Of a stretch of 64,000 bases of DNA, positions 30,262 to 40,857 are shown in pieces (within the stretch, counting starts at the first letter, position 1; every line of letters starts with the position of its first letter). The notes below the pieces were generated by a model. That model saw only the letters and a list, made by a program, of their open reading frames with translations. It had not been told where the DNA came from and made no database searches. Made by a program: the position numbers and the translations under genes. Origin of the DNA: an uncultured Candidatus Binatia bacterium (lineage in GTDB: Bacteria; Desulfobacterota; Binatia; UBA9968; CAXXLF01); NCBI GenBank assembly GCA_965218425.1, contig OZ244621.1, forward strand, positions 3,264,001 through 3,328,000. The letters run 5' to 3'.

Positions 30262-31227
30262 TTGGGTAGTGGCAAAGCGCTTCATGTTGCAACTCATTCC
30301 GGCTGGTACCGCTTTGAAAACAACGGTGGCGTTTATAAGGAGACCGGCAGGGCGCTTACCTACTGGACTTTAAGCTGCCTTGCCGTGGATCCAGAAGATC
30401 CTCAGACCGTCTATGCGGGCACTGATCACTCGGGCCTGTTTTTCTCACCTGACGGTGGTGTCTCGTGGTTGCGAGCAAACCCCGGCATACCCCATCTGAA
30501 CTTGTTTTCATTACTTGCCTTACCTGGATCACTCCTGGTGGGAACACGGCCGGCAGCCGTGTACCGTGGCATTCCAGGTGGCGACTGGCTGGAACTAGAG
30601 GGGGTGCGGACTGAGAGTGCCGGTGGAGTGTTTCCCCCTAACCCAGAACTCAGCCCACGGGTCCGCGCCTTGGCTGAAGATCCAGGTTCGCCCTCTCGCA
30701 TATATGCCGGGATAGAAGTCGGTGGGTTGCTGGTAAGCGACGATGGGGGCGAGGCATGGCAACCTGCAAACGACGGTCTCACCGATCCCGACGTGCACCA
30801 GATCTGCCATTGCGGTTACAACCCGGAATTGGTTCTTGCGGCCTGCGGTGAGGGAGTTTTTCGTAGCGTCGACCGTGCTTCCCACTGGGCAGAGGTTACG
30901 CCACAGGGGTCAAGGACCTATGGAACTACCATTGCTGAGGCGGCTGGCGGGATGATGTATCTGGGAATTTCTTTGGGCCGGCCCAACACCTGGCTCGGAA
31001 CAGGAAGAGCCAACTCTGCAATTATTCGAAGCCGTGAAGGGGGTCTTGACTGGGAAGTGGTAGCGGAAGGCCTCCGTGGTGGTATCATGGACACGACACC
31101 CGACCCAGACAGTGACGGAATTATCGCCGCAACCTCAGAGGGCGAGCTACTTGCCATTGAGGGGTCTGAATGTCGAACCCTTATAAGCGGCCTTCCCTGT
31201 ATTTCCGCTGTCGTATTTGGTGGCTGA
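30262..31227 (+). CDS. BNR/Asp-box beta-propeller protein
   Basis: Repeated SxDGGxxW boxes (SPDGGVSW, SDDGGEAW, SVDRASHW, SREGGLDW); RBS GGGAGG and TTG start. Confidence 0.82.
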   Translation: MGSGKALHVATHSGWYRFENNGGVYKETGRALTYWTLSCLAVDPEDPQTVYAGTDHSGLFFSPDGGVSWLRANPGIPHLNLFSLLALPGSLLVGTRPAAVYRGIPGGDWLELEGVRTESAGGVFPPNPELSPRVRALAEDPGSPSRIYAGIEVGGLLVSDDGGEAWQPANDGLTDPDVHQICHCGYNPELVLAACGEGVFRSVDRASHWAEVTPQGSRTYGTTIAEAAGGMMYLGISLGRPNTWLGTGRANSAIIRSREGGLDWEVVAEGLRGGIMDTTPDPDSDGIIAATSEGELLAIEGSECRTLISGLPCISAVVFGG

Positions 31228-31249
31228 CCGTCGCTAGATGTTAAAGACC

Positions 31250-31732
31250 CTATCTGCGGGCATAAATTTGCATCCCACCGTTCCGGTCGAAGCCAATGAC
31301 GTTGTATGGCTGAGGGTTGGGACCCTCCATTCCGGGCGAGCCTATGGGCATGCCCGGTACGCCCAAGCCGGTGAGGGATGTACTCTCGTTTAATAGTTTC
31401 ATTATGAGATCGGCAGGGACATGACCTTCGATGACATATGTGCCAATGAGTGCGGTGTGGCACGAATATAAGGCGGGGGGAACGCCATGCTTTACCTTCA
31501 CCGTTTGAAGTTGAGACTGCGATAGCTCTTTGATCGTAACACGAAAACCATTCTCTTCCAGGTGACCCACCCAGCTGGAACAACAACCTCAACCCGGGCT
31601 TCTGTAGACCGTAATCTGCGGTCCAGCGGGGAGATTGGGCTGGGAGTATAGAACGGTAGCAGCAACCACAACTCCTATGGCGATGCTCATCAGTGAGAGC
31701 AATCGCAACCTTTTGATATTCATTTTCTTCAT
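31250..31732 (-). CDS. Exported DUF411 (CopG-like) metal-binding protein with in-frame TGA; candidate selenoprotein
   Basis: RBS AGAGG + ATG 31732, signal peptide, then VYRSPG-TGA(31591-31589)-GCCSSWVGHL in frame with SCHTA, IEGHVPA and PGMPIGSPGME; 160 aa with readthrough. Confidence 0.8.
31556..31580 (-). promoter_or_regulatory. Putative bacterial SECIS element
   Basis: mRNA +9..+33 after UGA: UUCCA/UGGAA stem, 4-nt bulge, GGUG/CACC stem, GGU apical loop at +22..+24. Confidence 0.55.
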
Positions 31733-31742
31733 TTTCCTCTAG

Positions 31743-33205
31743 CTAGTTCTCACTGAAAAACTACCGTTTGTAGATGACTCTATGGCCCTGACACTCACAT
31801 CAGGCATTTCATTGCCGAGAAGGTGCGGTCCTTACCACCATCTTTTACCTCCTGCTGCCACAGATTGTATGCAAAAATGACCCATCCCGTCCAGATCGCC
31901 GTGCCTGGAGCTCCCCTAGCCAGTACTCGACCCAGAGAAAACTTGCCTTTGAGCATACCGATCCCCGCTTCTATCCCGCAGCCGACCCCTTGCATTGCCC
32001 TAAACCACTGTTTCCCCTCATGGCGGCTTTCCCTCATACTCAAGCCACCAACCTCCGGGATACCTACCCTCGCTATACCGGCCTTGCCCAACTTCCCGAC
32101 GTTATCGGCGCCTTAGTATCCTCGGTCCGCTGCCACCTCCTTAGGCTTGACCCCCAGACGCTTTTCACTTTGGCTCACCACACAAAGCAGTTGAGTGCTG
32201 TCGTTAGGATTACCACCATGGACCTCATCGTGAACGATGACTCCACAACTGTCGTGCACCAGTTGCAACGTGCGCCCGAACTCCACGGGCCTGTTGAGCT
32301 TGCCCTTGCAGGTGGCTCGTGCCTCGGCATCGTGGAACGAAACGATCCTATCGGGTATCGACTTCTTGCCCTGAAGCTTGTGCTCGGTCTGGCTCACAAT
32401 CCTCTCGGCCACCTCAATTTGTTCCAAATACTTCTCCTTGTCCTTACTTGGCTCCGACACCGTAGCACAAAGTCGTTCAAAGACCTTGCCGCTCTCGTGT
32501 ACCGTATGCTTGGCCAGCTTGCCCCATGCTTAACAATCTTCCCTCCCTTTTCCTTGCCCCCCTTGGGCTTCTCCCTTCCAGCCCCACTACAAGCAAACAG
32601 GGCTCGCTTGGTGCCACGTACATGCTGCCGTGCGGGTAAGCGTGTTGACCGCCCGGTCAACAACACCGACATCGTTGGGATAACTGATGTGAACTTGCAG
32701 CGTGGCCGAGTCGATACGAATGCGCCGGGCCTTGATCGATCGGCTCTTAACCAACGATCTGACCAGCTCCTGATTGAGCTTGGCCACCCGCTGTCGGCCA
32801 AATCCGTGGTTGAGCTTGATCAAGGTGGTGGCCTCCGCTACGGCATCCATGAGCGACCAATGGCAGAAATAACGCCACGGAACTCTCTCTCACTCACTTC
32901 CCTCTCAACCTCTTCGTAGCTCAAACCCCAGCGAAACTTCAGATACATCATTCGAAGGTAAATCCCTACAGGAGTGCCACGACGACCCGGCTCTCATGGA
33001 AAACCTTCTCGAAAGGCTTAAGCAATCGGGGATTATTCAAAAGCTTCTCAGCCTTGTTAACCTCCTCATCCAGTGCATAAAGAGAGGGGTGGATAAAGCC
33101 GTCGCCAGAACTGAACTGCTGAGATATGGGTGTACGCATGGTCTTATTTGTACCACGAGTCGCTAGAGATGACCCAGAAAAAATGACTTTTTCAGTGAGA
33201 ATTAG
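31743..33205 (-). mobile_element. IS5/ISNCY-family insertion sequence with fragmented transposase
   Basis: Terminal inverted repeats CTAGTTCTCACTGAAAAA (31743-31760) and TTTTTCAGTGAGAATTAG (33188-33205), 17/18 match. Fragments YLRMMYLKFRWGLSYEEV, RIDSAT, GKLNRPVEFG, ADRGY and GIEAGIG lie in broken frames. Confidence 0.88.
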
Positions 33206-33217
33206 TTAAGATGATTG

Positions 33218-33868
33218 TCAAGGGAGTTTTTGTCCGAAGAAGGGTACGTGCAGGCTAATATGCTCTTTCACAAGGAACTGCCCCTTGGGACCCACCCCGT
33301 GGATGTGGACCAACTTTGCGCCGTAATGGCCGGCAAGACCGACCATCACGACCGATAGCAGCAATAGAACCGTGGTAGAAGCCTGCAAGCTGAACCGCGA
33401 AAAGCGACGTGTGCAAGTCAACGTCCCTAATGGCACAGCAATTGCCATGAGATATAGAGTTAGGCTGGCAAAGAGGTCATGGCTCCACAACGCGTTTTGT
33501 GAGGCGGCAGTCAATCCAACTGTGTGAGGGTGGAAAACGTAACCGGCCAATAAGGCCCCTAGAAAGCCAAAAAAAGCCAAAACTATACCGGATCGTCTCA
33601 GGATCATTTGCCGGCGCAGCATTCCCAATAAGTAAAAGGGAAAAGCAGCAACGGTAAGTACAATGGGGAAATGTACGATCAAGGGATGAAAAGTGGGAAA
33701 ACCCTCCCTTGCTAAGTTTTCTTCCGTATGCCCTAGTTCTTTTTGGTCGACTACCTTAAGTTTCGTTGACGGTTGGTTCTCTTGATTATGTGTACCATCG
33801 CTTGGGTGAAGGACGGAGGCGGAGAGAAAAAAAGCAAAGATCAAGACAAAGAACGGAGTGCTGAGCAT
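33218..33868 (-). CDS. DUF2231-type His-containing membrane protein
   Basis: HPLIVHFPI, about 4 TM helices, AGHYGAKLVHIHGVG. Confidence 0.8.
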   Translation of the reverse strand: MLSTPFFVLIFAFFLSASVLHPSDGTHNQENQPSTKLKVVDQKELGHTEENLAREGFPTFHPLIVHFPIVLTVAAFPFYLLGMLRRQMILRRSGIVLAFFGFLGALLAGYVFHPHTVGLTAASQNALWSHDLFASLTLYLMAIAVPLGTLTCTRRFSRFSLQASTTVLLLLSVVMVGLAGHYGAKLVHIHGVGPKGQFLVKEHISLHVPFFGQKLP

Positions 33869-33873
33869 AGTGC

Positions 33874-34578
33874 TTAAAATTTCTCCGACCAGGGTCGCAG
33901 CTCGATGTAGGATGCCCAGGTGCTACGGTGTTGGCGGTGAAGGTGAAGATAGGTTTGAGCGATGGAATCCGGCTGGAGCATCCCGTCCGGGCCGCGTGCT
34001 TTGATCCGCTCTTGATCGCCGGCAGGATTGTAGATTCCGCCGTCGATTACAACTTGTGCCACATGGATATTCTTCGGCTGGAGTTCACGTGCCATGCTCT
34101 GTACCAGGCCGCTGAGACCAAACTTACCCATGGCATACATGGAAGAATTGGCAAAGCCCTTGATGCCTGCAGAGGCACCGGTATAGAGGATGGTTCCCCT
34201 CCCCGCTGGGATCATTCGTTTGGCTGCCTCCCGGCCGATCAAAAATCCCCCGTAACAAGTTACTAAAATGGCCTTTTGTACCTCGTCAGGATCAAGTTCC
34301 GTAATGGGCCCTCGGACTCTACGGCTCGCGTTGTAAACCACAAGGTTGGGTTCTCCGAGATCCTTGGTCACAGATCCAAACAAGCTCTCCACATCCTTAG
34401 GAACAATTGCATCACAAGGATAGGCTCGGCCACCGATCTCCTTGATCAGGCCGTCCAATTTGCCGGGATTGCGGGCCGCCACGGCCACCTTCATCCCTTC
34501 TTTGCTGAACAGTCTGGCAAGTGAGGCGCTGAGTCCCAGACCGGTTCCGACAACTAGTGCGATTTCTTGGTTGGCCAT
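33874..34578 (-). CDS. SDR family oxidoreductase
   Basis: GTGLGLS, YNA, TGASA, YAMGK, ELRPWSEKF. Confidence 0.9.
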   Translation of the reverse strand: MANQEIALVVGTGLGLSASLARLFSKEGMKVAVAARNPGKLDGLIKEIGGRAYPCDAIVPKDVESLFGSVTKDLGEPNLVVYNASRRVRGPITELDPDEVQKAILVTCYGGFLIGREAAKRMIPAGRGTILYTGASAGIKGFANSSMYAMGKFGLSGLVQSMARELQPKNIHVAQVVIDGGIYNPAGDQERIKARGPDGMLQPDSIAQTYLHLHRQHRSTWASYIELRPWSEKF

Positions 34579-34646
34579 ATTAATCCTCCCAGGGATAACG
34601 ATCCATTTTCTATTAGTTCAACTAAGGTTGGAATACAAAGAATGCC

Positions 34647-34946
34647 TTAGCGGCAGTTCTCGTACTGGTCGTCACCTCAAATTACGCAGAAATCCGGCTG
34701 GAACTCATCGAGTGCTTTCCGAGCCAGGCGAAAGCGGTCAATCATTGCCTGGCGATGCTCAATGGAAGGGGCCTCTCCTTCACCGTCCCCCCACTGTTGA
34801 CGCATGCCGTCTGGCCAATTATCAAGGGACCGCATCCGTTCAGGAAGGGCCGGGTCTGCCAGAAGTAACTTGATGCGATCGGTCATGTTCCCCTGTACGG
34901 AGAGGGCCGGATAATGAGTGATGCCAAGCCCAAATATCTGTCCCAT
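34647..34946 (-). pseudogene. N-terminal remnant of a LigB-family extradiol ring-cleavage dioxygenase
   Basis: GLGITHYP...FQPDFCVI-TGA-GDDQYEN then TAA; the rest of the gene is absent. Confidence 0.75.
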
Positions 34947-35170
34947 TGGTTCCTCCTAGACTAATGTTACACAGCAACCTTGTCCTAGAGATCTATGCGG
35001 TCCGCACCAAGGGAGCCGAGTTTGGTCCCGTAAGACAAACGATGAAGTTATATTGCGGATCCCAAATAGTGCATTAAAAATCTCCAAATGGGGCATCATT
35101 GAGAACCATGATTAACAGCCTCCTCGCCTTTTGGCAAGATATCTGAGCCAGCCGTCACCCACGTTGCTGC

Positions 35171-36143
35171 GAGCTATCATCAAAGAGTGTGGAAATAGGA
35201 GACAGGTAGGCGTACCCATTGGTAAATTCCAAACGAAAAGCTGCCTGGAGCAACAGGCAGAGAAAGGATACGCCGGTGATAGGAAAGCACAGCGGGCTGG
35301 TAGAGTCAAAGGGAGTTTTTTACGAATGCATGGAGGCATTTGCCCGGGAGAAGATTGGGGAGAAAGGGTACAGGATGTGGTGGAGCAGGAAGGAGTGGAG
35401 CGGTTGGGGAGGAACAAGAGCGAGGGGAAAGCAAGTGAAGTGGGACAGCCTGGGAATCGCAACGGCTACGGTAAGCCGCGCCGGTTCACGTTGAGCATGG
35501 GGAGCGTAGAGGTAAGAGGGGCTGGGGTAAGGAATGTGCAGGAGAGATTTAGCTTCCAGGTATTGCCGTTATTTAAGCGGCAGAGCCGCCAGGTCAGGGA
35601 GTTATTGCCGGAGCTTTATTGGCACGGTGTGGGCAGTGGGGATTTTGAGCTGGGGCTGAGGGGGCTAGTGGGAGCAGGGGCACCGCTATCGGCGTTTTGG
35701 CTTTTACGGTTCAAGGAGAAGTGGGAGGCGGACTACGAGCAGTGGGAGGCACAGGGTATGGAGGAAGAGGAGGCAGCATATCTTTGGGCAGATGGGATTG
35801 ATGTAAAGGCTGGGATAGGCAAGGAGAAGGCGGCGCTAGTATTGGTAGTGATGGGGGCGATGAGGGATGGGAGCAAGAGGTTGTTAGCATTGGAAGTGGG
35901 CTAGCGGGAGAGCAAGCAATGGTGGGCAGAGGTACTCAGGGGAGTGAAGGGGCGGGGGCTTAAGAGTGCGCGTTTTATTGTTGGGGAGGGGCATCTGGGG
36001 TTGTGGGGGGGTGCAGGAGAGATTTTTCCTGAAGCTGGGGAGCAGATCTGCTCGAATCACAAGATTCTCACGGGGTGGATGCTGTGAGTAAAAAGGATCA
36101 GGCCAAGGCCAAGGGTTATCTCAAAGCCATGATGTATGCGGAC
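35171..36143 (+). mobile_element. IS256-family remnant, copy 1 (truncated by an IS3 element)
   Basis: RNGYGKPR, LPELY.HG..SGDF, YLWADGI motifs; frameshifts and a TAG at 35902-35904. Confidence 0.85.
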
Positions 36144-37343
36144 TGACCTGCTCCCCTTTTTGTCCTCACGTATAAGTTAGCCGTGTTTCGTTATGGTCCG
36201 ATCCGGACCGGATTGCAAACTCCATCGGTGTGAGTCCGTCGAGGCTCGTGTGTGGTCTCTTGGCGTTGTAGTCGGCTCTCCAGTCTTCGATGATCTCGCG
36301 GGCATGGCGGTAGCTGGTGAACAGGTGTTCGTTGAGGCATTCGTCACGCAGAGGCCCGATGAAGCTCTCGACTAGCCCGTTCTGCATAGGCTTGCCTGGA
36401 GCGATGTAGTGCCACTCTACCCGGCGACCCTGCTGCCATCGCAGCATCACGTTGGAGGTGAACTCGGTGCCGTTGTCGGAAACCACCAACAAGGGATAAC
36501 CACGCTGTTGAGCGATGTTGTCCAGCTCTGTGGCGACCCGCTCGCCGGTGATGGAGTTGCTGAGGACGGTGGCCAGGCACTCCCGTGTGAAGTCGTCGAT
36601 CACGCAGAAAAGGCGCAAGCGCTGGCTGTCGCTCAGGGCGTCGGATGCGAAGTCCACCGACCAGCGCTGATTGGCCCCCTGCGGGATCGTCATCGGCACC
36701 CGGCTCCCAACAGCCCGCTTGCGGCCGCCTCGTTTGCGCACCGTCAACTTCTCCTCCTTGTAGAGCCGGTACAGCTTCTTGCGGTTCACCACCACGCCCT
36801 CCCGCAAAAGCAACAGGTGCACACGCCGATACCCAAACCGACGACGTTCCGCCACCAACTCCCGCAGCCTTTACCGTAACTCCCCGTCATCGGGTCTCAT
36901 CGACCGATACCGCTTACACCCGCGGCTCCATGCCCACCAGAGCGCAAGCCCGCCGCTGCCAGTGCCCTCTTTCCTTCATCGCCCGGTCCACCGCTCCTCT
37001 CCTGGTCCTGGGCGTCAGAAGTTTTTTCCCACCATCTCCTTAAGCGTCGATACGTCCAGCATCGCTTCCGCCAATAGACGCTTCAGCTTGGCGTTCTGCG
37101 CCTCAAGGTTCCCAAGCCGTTTCGCTTCCGACACCTCCAACCCACCATACTTCGAACGCCACTTGTACAACGTCGCGTCGCTGATGCCGTACTTGCGACA
37201 CAACTCCGCCACCCCACGCCCAGCCTGGTGCTCCTTCAGTATCCCGATGATCTGTTGTTCGCTGAATCGGCTCTTGCGCATGTGTCCTCTCCTCCTGGGT
37301 CAATCACTAACCTCGAGGTGAGGACATTCAAGGGGGCAGGTCA
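36144..37343 (-). mobile_element. IS3-family element (IS407-like), orfA intact, orfB damaged
   Basis: IRs TGACCTGCTCCCC...TGTCCTCAC and GTGAGGACA...GGGGGCAGGTCA; orfA 37281-37015 ends in GGAAAAAAC slippery site; DDE motifs [23 protein letters not shown] and frameshift near 36870-36920. Confidence 0.92.
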
Positions 37344-37466
37344 CTTCCTTACTCTTTTGCAAATAATGGATATTCTAAAGTTTGTAGTTCGAGCTTGACG
37401 GAACTTCGGTTTTGACTATAGTGAATGGAATAACCACAATAAAGCTAGCTTTGCCCACACAAAGTA

Positions 37467-37791
37467 ATGGAAATTTCCTCAAATAATAGAGCTCTGGACA
37501 AAATATATAAGCGTCGGCACCGCTATGAGATCCCTGATTGGCAACGCGAAGAAGTCTGGGGATACTGCTAAAAAACAAAAACTCATAGACAGTATATTAA
37601 GAGGGTGGAAATTACCAAAATTTTATTTCTTGAAAACATCTGATAATCCAGAAGAATTCGAAGTTGTTGATGGTCAGCAGCGTCTTGCAACGATTTTAGA
37701 ATTTTTTAATAACGCTCTTTCGTTGTCTGCGGAATCTTCAAAGAACTTTAAAGCGCAGTATTATCGTGATTTGGCTCCTGACGTATCCGAC
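37467..37791 (+). pseudogene. DUF262 (GmrSD/ParB-like) gene, frameshifted and truncated by IS3
   Basis: MEISSNNRALDKIYKRRHRYEIPDWQREEVW, +1 G, then LIDSILRGWKLPKFYF...VVDGQQRL; AT-rich; cut at the IS end. Confidence 0.82.
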
Positions 37792-39059
37792 TGACCTTGC
37801 CCCCTAAAACGAGTCCAGGTGAAATGTTAGGGATTTTGATTTTAGGAAGGAGGCAAGGATGGCAAGAAAGCGATTTACGGCCGAGTAGATTATCCTCAAG
37901 CTGCGTGAGGCGGAGGTGAGCTTGGCCCAAGGGAAGGCGGTGGGCCAGGTGTGCAAGCAGGTGGGGGTAACCGTGCAGACCTACTACCGGTGGAGGAAGG
38001 AATATGGAGGCCTGAAGATGGATCAGGCCAAGAGGCTCAAGGCCTTGGACAAGGAGAATGCGCGGTTGAAGAAGCTGGTGGCGGATCTATCGCTGGACAA
38101 CCAGATCCTGAAGGAAGTGTCCTCGGGAAACTTCTAGGCCCGGCGAAGAGGAGACGAGCGGTGATATGGGCCAGAGAAAGATTGGGACCTGATCGAGTCT
38201 CCGAACGCCGGGCTTGCCAAGTGTTGGGACAGCCGCGATCGACGCAACGAAGAGTCCGAGAGATCCCGGAAGAGGAAGCAAGACTAGTGGCTCGGATGAT
38301 GGAGCTGGCCAGCGAATACGGGCGATACGGCTACCGGAGGATTACGGCCATGCTGCGTGGGGAGGGGTGGAAGGTCAACCACAAGCGAGTGGAGAGGCTC
38401 TGGAGGCAGGAAGGGCTGAAAGTCCTCAGCCGTCAGCCTAAGCGAGGGAGGCTCCGGTTGACTGATGGCTCCTGCATTCGCCTGAGACCGGCGCATCGAA
38501 ACCATGTGTGGAGTTATGACTTCGTGCACGAGCGAACCGAAGACGGTCGGGCCTTTCGGCTGTTGAGCAGCCTGGATGAATACACCCGGGAGTGCTTGGC
38601 GATTGATGTGGCCAGACGGATGAATCACCGGGATGTGCTGGAACGGTTAGCGGAGCTATTCGTGGAACGGGGCGTGCCGCAGTCCCTTCGGTCCGACAAT
38701 GGCCCCGAGTTTACGGCTCAGGCTATCCGGGACTGGCTCAAGGCCATTGGTGTCAGGACACTCTACATCGAGCCTGGCAGTCCTTGGGAGAATGGCTACG
38801 TGGAGAGTTTTAACGGAAAACTCAGGGATGAGCTGCTCAACCGGGAGGTGTTTGAAACCCTGAGGGAAGCTCAGGTGCTGATCGAAAGATGGAGAAGAGA
38901 GTATAACCAGCGGCGGCCTCACAGCGCCCTGGGCTATCGTTCTCCGGCACCGGAGGCCTTTCTGCCCAGAGCGCAGGCTGGGAATTCATCCCCATGGGCT
39001 GGACTCCAGATAATTCCGGCTCTAACTTAAAGGGTGGTACCACTCCTGGGGGCAGGTCA
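37792..39059 (+). mobile_element. IS3-family element (IS407-like), orfA with nonsense codon, orfB apparently intact
   Basis: Ends TGACCTTGCCCCC and GGGGGCAGGTCA; orfA ATG 37859 with TAG at 37886; GGGAAAC frameshift site near 38125; DDE motifs [20 protein letters not shown]. Confidence 0.92.
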
Positions 39060-39178
39060 CATGAAGATAAAAGGAATTTTATATTGACATGCCATGGTTT
39101 TTATAATAAGTATTATAATGCTTCTACAAGGAGCAACAAGAAAGGAATATAAACCATAGGCCTCTGAAATCCAAGCAA

Positions 39179-40201
39179 ATGGCCATTTACACCCGTCTGA
39201 GCGAAAAGGATTGTTTACAGATCGCTGAAGAATTTGGACTTGGCGATCTCATTTCCTCAACAGGCATTCGCAACGGCTCCGTTAATACTCACTATCTTCT
39301 AGAAACCAAAAAAGGCCGCTTCTTCGTAAAGATCGACGAAATTAAAAGCGAGATGGAAGCGAAACAGGAAATCGATCTTATCCTGTTTCTGAAGCGGCAG
39401 GGGTTTCCTTGCCTCCAGCCCCTTCGAAGCAAGAAGGGGAAATACTATCACGAAATCCAATCCAAACAATTGTCCGTAAGCAAGTACGTGGAAGGAACAG
39501 AGTTGTCGGTGGATGCGTTAACTCCCGCTCAGTTAGAGATAATGGGCCATGCCCTGGCGGATCTACATCTTATTGGGAGAGGCTACAAAAAAGGCATCGA
39601 CAATCGATTCGCTTTCCCGAAAATCGTGATGATGTATCGGGAGTTCAGGAAGGATCTCCCCACCCATCTAAGAAACATTATTCGAGTCATGGACGATGAG
39701 GTCTCGTATCTGGAGAATTATCTAGATAATAATTTACCGAAAGGCGTTATCCACGGAGATTTTTTTGCCGATAACGTGAAGTTCAAAGGGTCACGGTTGG
39801 TTGGGATCGTTGACTTTGAAGCCACATGTCGGGGAAAGCTGATTTATGACCTCGCCACCGCGGTTAACGCGCTTTGTTTCCTGGATGGGCGTTACCGCAT
39901 CGATCGTTTCGAAGCCTTGATAACTGGATACGAAAATTTACGCCCGCTTTCATTGCCGGAGTGGGACTCTTTTCCCAACGAACTCCGTTTTTCAGCGATC
40001 CGGTTTACGATCACTCGAATTAAGGATTTTTATTTACGCAAGGTCGATGAAAGTCAAAGAAACTATAAAGATTTTAAAGAATTCTTTGATCGGCTCATGA
40101 TTCTTCGCAGAGAAAAAGACGGTGGAATGGAAGATCTCCTACTGGCCATGGCCACTGGCTACGATTACCGTAAATACCAGAAATCAAAACCCTCCAAATA
40201 G
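39179..40201 (+). CDS. thrB: Homoserine kinase, type II (APH-like fold)
   Basis: MAIYT, GSVNTHY, LPKGVIHGDFFADNV, GIVDF. Confidence 0.82.
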   Translation: MAIYTRLSEKDCLQIAEEFGLGDLISSTGIRNGSVNTHYLLETKKGRFFVKIDEIKSEMEAKQEIDLILFLKRQGFPCLQPLRSKKGKYYHEIQSKQLSVSKYVEGTELSVDALTPAQLEIMGHALADLHLIGRGYKKGIDNRFAFPKIVMMYREFRKDLPTHLRNIIRVMDDEVSYLENYLDNNLPKGVIHGDFFADNVKFKGSRLVGIVDFEATCRGKLIYDLATAVNALCFLDGRYRIDRFEALITGYENLRPLSLPEWDSFPNELRFSAIRFTITRIKDFYLRKVDESQRNYKDFKEFFDRLMILRREKDGGMEDLLLAMATGYDYRKYQKSKPSK

Positions 40202-40225
40202 CCCTTTTCCTAGCGACTTCTAACT

Positions 40226-40630
40226 TCAAGAGTGGTTCTTTAGGAGTCTCGAGTTGAGCCTCTTGATCTTAGATAGCGTATCCTGACGACTCAGACGGAT
40301 AAAAGCAAGGAACGTCGAAAACAGACCCAGAAAAAATAGGAGACGCCCCCCTCCCGACACCACGTAATAGAAATCCATTTTGACTCGTGACGTGTTGTAT
40401 TTTGCTCTATCCTCATTAATTCTTCTCAGTACCTCTTTGTTTTTTCGATGGTCCAGCTCTTGAAAGCTTCGATAGTTTTCCTCGAGCCCCGTTTTGGAAA
40501 TAGTTCGCATCATATTTTGATATTTGGTTACCTGCACCGCTCCCACGATCCAATTTCCAATACCCATGATTAACAGGGTCGCCGCCGTTACCAGGAGATA
40601 ATTAGAATAGAAATCCTTGGGCTTCATCAT
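40226..40630 (-). CDS. Hypothetical two-TM membrane protein
   Basis: 134 aa ORF with two hydrophobic helices around a soluble loop. Confidence 0.65.
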   Translation of the reverse strand: MMKPKDFYSNYLLVTAATLLIMGIGNWIVGAVQVTKYQNMMRTISKTGLEENYRSFQELDHRKNKEVLRRINEDRAKYNTSRVKMDFYYVVSGGGRLLFFLGLFSTFLAFIRLSRQDTLSKIKRLNSRLLKNHS

Positions 40631-40857
40631 TAAGGCTCTCTGCTAGCGACTATCAAGCTCAAGGTTGAATGTCAAATCATTTCAGGAGCTGATCAATATG
40701 ATAGTGTTCATGGCATGGGAATGAAAAATGGCCTAATTCATCGATACAATGACCTTCCACTTCGCCCAATTCTTAGCCATGATCTTCTCTCAGCTCGTGG
40801 CTTTACCTTTTAAAACGAGGCCACCTCATTCTCACTTCACAAATTACCATAATTATT

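Noticed and set aside
31990..32919. 309-aa + strand ORF
   Set aside because: Antisense shadow of the IS5/ISNCY transposase remnant.
19223..34679. UGA reassigned to Trp (TGA at expected Trp positions at 19223 and 34679-34677)
   Set aside because: Both loci carry other lesions (TAG, frameshift, truncation), and many intact genes here end in TGA (2045, 5901, 43141, 48340, 54155). These are ordinary TGG-to-TGA nonsense mutations, and neither is at a Cys position.
37886..37888. In-frame TAG in IS3 orfA as pyrrolysine or readthrough
   Set aside because: Most simply a CAG-to-TAG mutation in a decaying IS; nothing suggests pyrrolysine.
39084..39119. Consensus promoter for thrB (TTGACA plus TATAAT)
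   Set aside because: The two TATAAT boxes are 12 and 24 nt from TTGACA, not about 17, so the elements cannot be assigned.
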